A DNA stretch of 64,000 nucleotides from Negaprion brevirostris (Eukaryota): contig JARDVH010000059.1 of NCBI GenBank assembly GCA_030324005.1, positions 119,839,174 to 119,903,173 of the forward strand. The letters are read 5' to 3'. The position numbers and the translations under genes are program-made. Below are positions 23,558 to 33,821 of the stretch, piece by piece. The stretch's first letter is position 1; each line of letters opens with the position of its first letter. The notes under the pieces are model-generated. The model did not search any database and had not been told where the DNA came from. It worked only from the letters and a program-made list of their open reading frames with translations.

Positions 23558-24520
23558 TTTGATTTTTTTTAAACTTCTTATTGTCACGTGTATTGGTATA
23601 GTGAAAACTATTGTTTCTTGCATGCTGTACTGAAAAAGCATACCATTCGTAGAGTACGTAGGGGTGAAGGAAAGGAGAGGGTGCATGTAAGGGTTTTTTC
23701 AGAGGCTAAGTATTCAGCTGGACTCTAGCTAATACTAAGACTCATGAAAATGGTGTCCTGGTGAAAGATTATCTTCATTGACCAATGTACGCTGGGAGAC
23801 AAGTGCTCTGCAGTCCAACACTTCTCTGAAGTTACATCACATTGGCAATATAATTATGCAATTTCTAAAAATCACTTTGTCTGTGCTCCCCACCCCCGGA
23901 CATGAACCAATTATCATTAGTAGAAATCAGTCGTTATTAGTAAATGTCACGTGCCTTGATTTCTGACTGTCTTTCCCATGGCCACCTGTTGATTGTCCCA
24001 TCTGGTTTAATGCTTTGTCTATTCATTAAACTGTCTGGGATTACTAGATTCGACCTTGGCTGATGAATATTCTTGTTCAGGAGGATAGTCAAGAGCCAGT
24101 GCCAATAACAGCTATTCTTCTGTGAGTGTATTGTTACAAAGAATGTGGTTCACTTCACTTGACGACTTCCTATGATGCCTTCGAACTCTGCCACTCGCTT
24201 GTATGCTTAGATGGATGCCTTTTCAATAATACACTTTTAGAAATACATATTTGAATTCTTGAACTGTGGTTATATGTGTTTCCATGCAGACAGTACCTCT
24301 GTAAAAATATATGGACGTGGCAGTCTGTGATTCTTATCCGAAANNNNNNNNNNCATTTTAATAGTCTTTCTAACTGTTTTAGTTCCAGGGTATTTTGAAA
24401 CCCTCGAACAATACAGGATGTCATTTTAGCTGGGGTGTAAAGAAAGATCAACTTCATATAAGGTCCTTTCAAAAGTCTGATGCCAGCAGGAAAGAAGCTG
24501 TTTTTGAGTTGGTACGTCAT
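23558..24520 (-). mobile_element. Rex1/Babar 3' end split by an insertion (pieces 23558-23685 and 24411-24520)
   Basis: Both pieces are collinear with consecutive parts of the copy at 8578-8800; the second piece encodes QLKNSFFPAGIRLLKGP. Confidence 0.85.
23686..24410. mobile_element. Solo LTR (725 bp)
   Basis: TG...CA ends with inverted similarity (tgtaagggttt / aaaccctcgaaca), a degenerate 5-bp TSD (gtgca/ataca), and it cleanly interrupts Rex1. Confidence 0.72.
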
Positions 24521-24605
24521 CTAATTATTTACTTCTGCTCCTGTTGGACCCAAAATAACAGAACCTTTCCTCAGGCTTCTTTCAATATCTAAATGATTGA
24601 TTTAT

Positions 24606-24777
24606 TATAAGTCAAAATCTTTTTTGTTAAAACAAGCTGCAAGAATGGGGATATTGTTCTCTAGTATTGCCATCTTTCAATAATGTCAACGATTAATTCA
24701 ATATAAATCAAAATTTCTTTTGTTCAAACAAGCAGCAAGAACAGGGGTATTATACTCTGGAAATATTACCATCTATC
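24606..24777. repeat. Diverged tandem duplication, period about 96 bp
   Basis: 'tataagtcaaaatcttttttgttaaaacaagctgcaagaatgggg..tattgccatct' vs 'tataaatcaaaatttcttttgttcaaacaagcagcaagaacagggg..tattaccatct'. Confidence 0.85.
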
Positions 24778-25031
24778 TCTTTGTGAAAATACCCAGCACA
24801 TGTGCACAACACATGTATGCATGCATGCCAACACATACGAAAGGACAAATGCATAGGGTTTGTGCAGAGATGGATTTTGGATGATAGGCTTTATAAAATA
24901 AAGGATAAATTTCCCAGGGTTTCAATGCTGTCCATCTGGTGCTCCTTTGTGTGAAGATGGTTGCAGTCTGTCTGGAAGTTCTCACCAATGGAGCTTTTGC
25001 TTGAAGGAAACGGAGAGCTCGTCTCAGCTTG

Positions 25032-25172
25032 TCAGGTTTCCAAATGAGGACAAGTAACATCCAGATTAGGGTTCTCGAGCAGCAGGTTGTTAACCACACG
25101 CAGAATTTCAGGCAAGACACAGAGAGAGCGAATTTGGCTAGCCCTGTTTCTCAGCTCATTCTCCAAAATACA
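25032..25172 (-). CDS. Candidate terminal coding exon, product unknown
   Basis: After 'aaatcag|' the frame reads CILENELRNRASQIRSLCVLPEILRVVNNLLLENPNLDVTCPHLET*. The context is non-repetitive, with a minus-strand AATAAA at 24606-24601. The acceptor is weak and no homologue was recognised. Confidence 0.25.
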   Translation of the reverse strand, partial: CILENELRNRASQIRSLCVLPEILRVVNNLLLENPNLDVTCPHLET

Positions 25173-26984
25173 CTGATTTCAAATACTACAGGTCAAAACT
25201 TAAAGCATGTCTTTGTGATTTGTGATTTACATGACTAGGAAATCACATCAAAGTGATTGCAATGCAAACAAGCACACAGCTCATTCCCCCTCAGGTAGCA
25301 TGCTGGTCAGGTAATTTCCAGCAAAAAAAATGGCCTTGCTACCATCAGAAGGTGAACTTATGACCCTTTTTTTTAAAATCTCTAGGTCAGCATCCAAGTG
25401 TCCAATGTCTTTCCATATTAAAAAAGGAAAATGGTTTTGAGATGTATGATTTTCCCAACAATTCAATGCTGAACAGTACAAAAAATTGTAACATATGTCA
25501 CCTTACAAGATTCAACAGAGGTTGAAGGAAAGAAAAAAAGCTTACACTTTCTGCATCTGTCAGTTAAAATTACAGTTGTGTTGCATCCTACTCGGCAACT
25601 CATCGAAGCAACTGCAACTTGTGAACCAAATCATCTTAGGGTGGAATTTTAAGTGAAACAGATGAAGTGGGATTTCAGCATCACCAATTATTTTGGATAA
25701 TTTATGAAAGAACTGCTTTCAGATAAAGCAAAAACTATCACTTTGATAATCTTCAAGATTCAATTATTTCTGTTTGCAAATCTATAATGAAAACTTGACA
25801 CTTCACAACTTTCCATTTCAACCTTATAAGACTTAAAAAAAAGAAATTAAAATGGTGACTTCGAATTAAAACATGCTTAAGTTTAAAATTGAACACGTTT
25901 GGGAACGTGCAACGATTGTACTCGATCTTCCAGTTACAAAGAGGATACATATCTGAATTACAGACTGCTGATGCTTATCATTTCAAAACATTGGCTTTTG
26001 TAGGGTTTTCATTTTTAAGGTAAAAAGCTGAAGAAAGATTTAAATTATCTATTCTGGTGAAATTTGAACCAGTTTTCTGTATTGAATATTTTCAAAGAAC
26101 AATTTCCTATTGCAAGTGGTACCGTATCTGTTGTAGTTCTAATCCATTATATATATATATATATGTAATCTGATGGTGTGAGCAGACTGAGATGAAATGT
26201 GTCTTTTATCATGACTACATCCATTGTAACAATTTCTATGGGCAGCAGAGATGTTTTGCAGAGTGTAGACATACAAAAAGAGCCATTAAGCTTTTCTTGG
26301 ATTCACCGAAAAAGAAAGCAACTGCAAAGATTTGGAAAATCAGCGAAGCTTTAACTGCAGACTGCCCTCTTTGCTGTAGTGCCCCAGGGGGCTGCAGATT
26401 GTAACAGACTTGCCCACTGGCAGTGGTTGTGCAGAAATGACAGTCTGATGATGAATCCAGTCACTGATCTTGACTGCTGAGCCTTGCAGAGTTTTTTGTG
26501 ACTGATGAGCTAGCTCGATCAACCTGACAGCTGCCCAGGCTCCTAGATCCATTCTGCTGGAACTCAGTGCCCTACCTTGTCAGATTGCTAACAGACCCTT
26601 GACACATGCTTTCCTGGGTATACTTGTATGAATATTATAGAAGAAGACTTTGAAGGGTAATTGCTATCTATTTTTCAAGAATGTGATTTTTGAGGCTTTT
26701 ATAAGGAAAAACAGAGATTGCTCTCTCCTCAAATATTGCATTTTTGATGCTCTGTTTGCTGAATTGTATCACCCAAGGCCACTTATCTGCATGATTCAGG
26801 TTCATAGGTATACCTCAACCTTACAGTAAACCAATATTTTGAAACATCATTGGTCGATGAAGACATTAATTTAACATTTCTTTAAATATTATGCTTTATT
26901 TGTAAAATCTAGAAACACTAGAGGCAATATTATGTGTGCTGCTTTGAATTTATAAAAGCAAATATAATTACGCATGATTAAATT

Positions 26985-27290
26985 GTTGAAAGAGACATTT
27001 ATTCAAAGCTTTTGGTTTTGCACTCATGAGGACATTCACAAGAGCACGAATGTAAGGGGAAATAACAGCTTTATTATGTATGAGAAAGGAACATTAATTG
27101 GTTGGCGAGGGGAATCTGATTGGTGGAAGCATTGCCATGGAGAATGCAGCAGTTCATGTTCACTGACAGTTAACTGCCAAATATTGTTTGAAATTTAAAC
27201 CAGGCAACTTGACTCCAATTGGTAAAGACATTGCCCTGTGGAATGAATCAATGAATGACTATCATTTATTTTGCTTCGCTGAAACAGACA
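26985..27290 (-). mobile_element. Penelope-like element (third family) 3' end
   Basis: Reverse has 'gtcctcatgagtgcaaaaccaaaagcttt' (decayed ctgatgagtgcaagacgaaaagc terminal motif) and a duplicated 'attggt..cattgcc..gaatg' block. Confidence 0.55.
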
Positions 27291-27294
27291 GAAT

Positions 27295-27473
27295 GGACAA
27301 GATTTTCCAATCCCGTCCCTCTCCCCCAACTCCTTGAGGTTTGTTTCACAGTGGTGGAGGACATCCACTATTAACCATGTTGTTAACGGGTTTACCCATT
27401 CTATGCACCTCACACAGCAGGGATTCATCACAGGCAGGACCCCGCTGGTGAGAGAGGCTGGAAAATTCAGGCC
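27295..27473. mobile_element. MITE-like element
   Basis: Imperfect TIRs 'ggacaagattttcca' / 'tggaaaattcaggcc'. Confidence 0.6.
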
Positions 27474-29839
27474 TGTGCAAAGAACAAAGAAGAACACAGC
27501 CTGGGAAACAGGCCCTTCGGCCCAATGAGCCCATGCTGCCATTTTAACATTGAGTCCCCTCTCCACCCGTGACCCTTGTCTATGTTCATGGCATTCCAGA
27601 CATATTTTTGTATATATTGTGCGTGTACATATTTTTTCTGTCTGTTAAGAACAAGGGATTACAGTGTGAGGAAGCTGCTGATATTAAGACACATGGCAAA
27701 AAGTTTCAACAAATCGTATTTTGCAGCAAACTTCTAGTTCTGTTCTAGCACATGACTAAAATAATTTGCAGACAGTGAACATAAAGGGGTGAATTTTGCT
27801 TCTTAAGTTAGTGTAAAAAGGAATACATTGAATTGGAAGTCTATGATGCTTTCCTCCTGATTTTAAGTTACTCTAAGTCAAAAGCATGACTGATAATCTG
27901 CTTGCCTACAGTTTTTATAAACTCATCATCATCTAACTGTGACTATACAACCATGCCGGAGTTAACGTAAGATTTCTTCACTCTGTGCTGAGATTCACTG
28001 CCTGGAATTTCCACGGAGATTCCATTGGCCTCTTAACTTTGGGAAGACTGTTGGAACTCCCACAAAGATTTGACCTGAAGAAGTTTCATTTTGTTGCCAA
28101 TTGAAATTCTCAATTCACAGCCCACTTTGCGATTTAGGATTTTAAAATTCCATTTTGCAGCCAGCATTAACATTTAGAACCATTTATTTTCTGGGGCAAA
28201 TAACCAGAGCACTGCTGCCGTGATAGGATTGAGAAATGTATTTTCTTAAGTCTGCAAGGCATGTGTGGTAAAACGATTCAGCTGATTTACCTTTAATCTC
28301 ACATGTTTATGGTTCCTCGTTACGTGACTTGTGGCGTTAATTTCAAAGAAATGGCAAATAGAATTTCACAGAACAGGGAAAAAAATCAAAGTAAGGAAAA
28401 TCTATGTTGGTTGTCGATACAACCCGCCATATGCAGTGAAGATAACAATTTGCCCTATATCTCCGTACATGTGCATATTGTACACGGCTTGTCAGAGATT
28501 TTAACTGCCAGTGGGTTCCTGGCAGGAACTGTTGATTTCAGCTAGTTTTCGCCTGCCTGCAGAGGCACAAGGCGATGGTAATTTTTATTGCCAAGCTTCA
28601 TTAACCTGCCACCAGCCTCTTGAAAATTGTCCCAATTTCTGGTCGCTTGGGAACGTATACTTGTACAGTTTGATTCTGTTGTTGCATTGCCCGTTCAATG
28701 AGGCAGGTGAAGGGTTGCTTCAAACTCATCAATTTTTGTGAAAACCTTACTGACCAAAATTTATCAAGATTTGACAGAAAATGTTTCAGATCATTTGTAT
28801 AACCATTGGTGCTATTTAGCACCCTGGTGAGAGCGTTGTTTCCCAAAATTCCTCTGATACACAAGACCTACTCAGTTAACCCCTAGCAGGTCTAGACTGT
28901 GGGAATAAATCTCGCAGGAAACGACTCCATTCTTAAATTGGAACAGTCTGAAGTTTTTGTGTTGCCATAGCGCTGCGGCCATATTCAAGTGAACTCAACT
29001 GTTCATGATATGAGCAAAGCTTCAATTGTCAGCGTTGTCGGGAGTCTGAGTCTTTTAATATTGTTTACAGTCAACTAATTAAAGCTTATTTTATGGAACA
29101 GTTCACGCAGATTTTATTTCTGTGAATGCTTTTGATCGAACAAGCTTTTTAAGAGTTCTTTTTAATCCCTACTTTCAAAAGCCTCAGATCAGACTGAGTA
29201 TGGAGATGGACCATTTGACCACATTGTGAAGGAAAAGGGTTTTGGAGAGCGTATTGAAGGTCCATGAATAAGTTACTGTAAGAAAGGAAAAGAGAATTTA
29301 GAGTTGTATTGCATGACTATCACTTGCATCATCTCAAGTGACTAACACTAAGGGCTGCAGTTTATGCGCATCTGCTGGGCGTGTTTTCAGTCGGGTTGGA
29401 CGCAGAGTGGTCATAAAATAGTAAGACTGCCCACCCCGTCACGTGCCTGCTCATTCCTCATGATATAGCGGTGAGCGAACAACGAAATCAGCAGCCCACC
29501 CTGGGTGTCAAAATATATCAATCATGTAAGTGGGACTTGTTAACAAGCCCGTTGACCCCGACAGAATCCAACCCGCATTATGACATGGCTGGCACGGGCA
29601 AACGGGTGGGAATAGGGCAGGCTGCTTTGTGAAAAAAAAATATACTTTCAAAGGTTGGTCAGGAATGGAGTGGTGTGGGCAGGAGGGGGGAGCAGTGAGG
29701 CATTAATACTCCCTCCGTCATGTGTGGTTGCCTTCCTTTGGCCAAACCTCAATGAACGAGATAATCAGAAGGCAGTGCTGCAAAGTTAAGGGAAAATGAA
29801 AAGGCAGTACGGGAGACAGCTGTCTGTTTGATTCCATCT

Positions 29840-30163
29840 TCATAGAATCCCTGTAGTGCAGAATGAGGCCATTCGGCCCATTGGGTCCACACCAGCTGCT
29901 ATCCCATCCCAGGCTCCATCCCCGTAACCCCACACATTTACTCTGCTAATCCCCCTGATACGAAGGGGCAATTTAGCACGGCCAATGCACCTAACCCGCA
30001 CATCTTTGGACTGTGGGAGGAAACCGGAGAACCTGGAGGAAACCCACGCAGACACAGGGAGAATGTGCAGACTCTGCACATGCGGCAACCCAAGGCCAGA
30101 ATTGAATCTGGGTCCCCGGCGCTATGACGCAGCAAAGCTAACCACTGTGCCACCATGCCGCCC
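29840..30163 (-). mobile_element. HE1 V-SINE, full length
   Basis: Complete head, V-domain and tail ('catagaatccctgtagtgcaga...accactgtgccaccatgccgccc'). Confidence 0.95.
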
Positions 30164-30165
30164 AT

Positions 30166-30290
30166 AATTTAGTACAGCCAATGCACCTAACCAGCAAGTC
30201 TTTCAGTTTGTGGGAGGAAACCAGAGCACCTGGAAGAAACCCATGCAGACATGGGGAAAATGTGCAGACTCCGCACATACGGTAACCTCA
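30166..30290 (-). mobile_element. Tail-less alternative V-SINE abutting the HE1 head
   Basis: Diagnostic 'ccagcaagtctttcag' of the alternative family; it continues into an N-gap. Confidence 0.8.
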
Positions 30291-30659
30291 NNNNNNNNNN
30301 NNNNNNNNNNNNNNNNNNNNNNNNNNNNNNNNNNNNNNNNNNNNNNNNNNNNNNNNNNNNNNNNNNNNNNNNNNNNNNNNNNNNNNNNNNGTCCATACAC
30401 CATTTTCTAAATTCACGACGTTGATTCGATTAGTCTGTCATTTAAAAACAAACATTTTTGTTGCTACCTATGTTTAATATAATGTCATTAATATTCAATA
30501 AAACATTGACCCATTTATTGAAAAGAATCACTTGCGTAGATCAACATTTCAATTTTTACTTCATAAGAAGGCTCCAAGTGTAATGTGCAGATGTGAGGCA
30601 GAACCTTCTTGACCAGGTGGTGACGAGTTTGGAAGGGCTGGGAAGGTTGAATAAGATTC

Positions 30660-31369
30660 TGACAGGATGTTCCCCCCACTCCCCCCACCTATCCTCAATG
30701 TGGTCCTGCTCCTGGGAGAGTTTCTGAGGGGAAGGCTGCCATTGGAATCTTCTCCAAGGAGTTGTCAGATTTGTCAGGCAACCAATAAAATTAAAGCTTC
30801 AATGAGGGCCCATTTTTCTGACGGTGCTCAAATTATCCCCCAGCGTCACATGGGTCCCCTGCTGTGTCAGGGGCTTGGCAACACTTTGGAGGTGGCCAGT
30901 CACTGGGAGGTCAGAGGGCCATTGGAGGCTCATTGAAATGACACTGTGAAGACTTGGCAAGGTTCAAAGAAGTTCAATTGAAGCTGCGGGTTTTGTTGTG
31001 GAGAAGTTTCCCTTCCACCTTGAAGATCCTCAGAGGCCTGTTATTTGTTAACTGAGTTTGGAGCTTTTAATGCCTCCTTTTTTAGGTAACTCCAGTAGGC
31101 CTTCGACTTAGCTGCACTCAGCTCCCTTGGTGGGGCTACCAGTTGAACGTGGAGACTGGGCATGGGGCCCTCCTGTTCCACCCAGTGATGGATGGTGAGG
31201 TGGGCTGCCAAGACACCTTGATGCAGATCCGTGACTTGCCCCACATCCTGCACTGATCAAAATTGCTGATGATGGAAATGGGGGTGAGATTACAGGGTTG
31301 GGTTCAGCCTGACATTTGTAAATCCTGCCCGATGCATCTCAGTCTCGCATTATACTGGAAAATGCTGAC
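30660..31369. mobile_element. Old non-autonomous TIR element
   Basis: Ends 'gacaggatgttcc' / 'ggaaaatgctgac'. Confidence 0.45.
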
Positions 31370-31433
31370 TCCTTATCTCTGACTTTAGCATACTTGTTCA
31401 CAGCCCAAAACAAAGCTGTAATGTAAAGTTAAT

Positions 31434-32458
31434 GGCTGGGAATCTGCCGGCCCATTGTGCCTCTCAGGTAACACAGCGAGCCAGGGGAACAACAGTGAGT
31501 GCTCTTTAACGGGATTCATGACCAGCGTCCAACTTCATCGCCAAGGCCTTTTTATTCAGTGTAATCAGCTCTGTGCTGGAAATTGGAGCGCAGGCGATTA
31601 CCATATGGAAATAGCAATTTCCATATAATTAGCAGGCCCAGGATGGCAGTCTCCAAGTCTGCCAGCATCTTTTTCCTCCCCCCACCGCTGGAAGAAGTTC
31701 CCACCAGCGGGATTAACAACTGCACCCCACTGCGATTGAACAGGCATCCCCACCCCACTGAAAGAGACAGAGGCCATTGAGACCCTCCCAGCAGGATGGA
31801 GAGAAAGGGGGAGATGTCCCTTGGGCAGTGCGAGCCTCGCACCTTGGCACTGCCCGCTGGGTGCCGCGAAGGGGACAGGAGATGTTGAGAGGTGGGGCCT
31901 ATTGGGGGGGATTGATCAGTGGTGGAGGTGGGGGACCAGCTGCCACTCTGCAAAATGATTGGTGGNNNNNNNNNNNNNNNNNNNNNNNNNNNNNNNNNNN
32001 NNNNNNNNNNNNNNNNNNNNNNNNNNNNNNNNNNNNNNNNNNNNNNNNNNNNNNNNNNNNNNNNNNNNNNNNNNNNNNNNNNNNNNNNNNNNNNNNNNNN
32101 NNNNNNNNNNNNNNNNNNNNNNNNNNNNNNNNNNNNNNNNNNNNNNNNNNNNNNNNNNNNNNNNNNNNNNNNNNNNNNNNNNNNNNNNNNNNNNNNNNNN
32201 NNNNNNNNNNNNNNNNNNCCAATAAGGCTGACCGGTGGGGTCCAGTAGCCCAGCAATAGGGGGCGGGGAGGGATGTCAGCGATCGGGGGCAGGGCGGGAT
32301 GTTGGGAATGCTGGCAATCGAGGTGGTGTCGTGAGGCCAGAGATTGGGCGGCTGGGGAGGGGAGAGGAGGCCAGTGTTTTCGCTGTTTTTCTCCCCGTTT
32401 CTCTCCCCGTCCCCTCATATGTTGGGCATTTGGGTTGTTTTTTGGGAGAATCTCAGCC
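31434..32458. mobile_element. Non-autonomous Harbinger-like element with TIRs and 3-bp TSD
   Basis: TIRs GGCTGGGAATCTGCC vs reverse-complemented GGCTGAGATTCTCCC (12/15); AAT flanks both ends (31431-33, 32459-61). Confidence 0.8.
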
Positions 32459-33821
32459 AATATTTTCTTCTGTTCTGCTTTGATACACTGAAGTACATCT
32501 CACTGTTCAAGGGACAGCATGTTTGGATTTAATAACAGAGATGTGATAGGAATCAGACATCGCATTATTTTCTTTTGAAGAACATTGAAAAAAACGGAAT
32601 CAACAATGGACCACCGAGTGAGCCAGCTCTTGTAATTTAAATGCATTCTGAATAACCATATCAGTGCAGACTGTCACCAAGTAGAATTAGGGGAATGCAA
32701 AAAACCAGTGCTGGTCGCAGTTTCTTGGAATAATCTAATAGATTGTCATCTCGTTTGATATTTTTGTAGTTCCCAGAAACACTGCGGCTGTTTACAATGG
32801 ATTGCAGTTCATATTTGATGCGACTTATTTTTTCAATAGTTGATGCATAAAACGCTTGTATAGAAATTTGTTTTGCTTGCGCAAGTATTTCAGCACCTCC
32901 TGTTTGATTGACAGCAAACTCTGAGAGCTCCTTTCTTCTTCTCCCCCAGAGGAAGGTCTGACAATTAGCACTGAAACTGCCAAGGAAAAGAAAACACTCC
33001 TCCAACTGAAGATGAATGAAAAATAAATCTCGCTTTGTTGAGAAGAAATAATGAAATGAATCCATGAATTAGCATGTTTAAGCAAATTTTATCCATATTG
33101 GTTCATCTTATTTAAAAAATATTGTACTCTGAAGGTCTCTTTTAAATCAAGAATTGATACATCGTGCGTTTTTGGTATTACTTCACATGAACACACTCGG
33201 GCACCTAATGAATTCATTTTGCAAATGGTTTGTGTTCATCAAGGATGACAAAACTGGTGAACAGAATGCATTTGCAACTTTGAGCACCCAGCGGTGGCCT
33301 TGAGGTGAATTACTTCTTTGTCTTTCAATATCAGAAATGCAAAAAGCAAGAGGTTAAATCAGACAAAGGAAGCTGTCAGAGAGACCCTTTATACGTCCAA
33401 CAGGTTTATCCAATGAAAGTTGAACCTGATCGACTCTGTGTGAGTGGCTGGCGTTTGATTGGAATAGTTCATTTGGCTGAGAGTGGGGAGCATTTTTCAG
33501 GGTTTGGATTCTTAATGACTATGGGAACGCCGATGAGAATGTGCAGATATCAGGATTAGACTTGCCTGTACCATCTCCTGCATTTGACTCGTGTATCAAT
33601 ATATGGATCAAAGCGACATAGCCACTGTATTGGTACTCTGCATCCATGCAACAAGAGACAAAGGTTTGTGATGCAAGGGCAACCATTTTTAAGAGTATTT
33701 TTTCAAAGCTGTGAATAAAAACTATCCAAGCATATCTAATATATTTGATACGAAATGTCATGATAAGCTTGATTGCAGTAAACACCAAGAAACTGATTGC
33801 AACTTCATTACGGGGGAAGCA

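Noticed and set aside
26375-26400. CTCF/EBF-like 'gccccagggggctgc'
   Set aside because: Mismatches in the CTCF core, and an isolated motif is uninformative.
26500-26530. CTGATGAG as a possible intact hammerhead core
   Set aside because: No properly spaced GAAA and no stem I/III.
28961-29080. RFX X-box-like GTTGCCATAGCG and a following short frame with a hydrophobic end
   Set aside because: Only a partial X-box and a single short frame; chance occurrence is likely.
31552-32460. 302-aa ORF, the longest in the track
   Set aside because: Over a quarter of it is X, and it lies almost entirely inside a TIR/TSD-bounded non-autonomous element.
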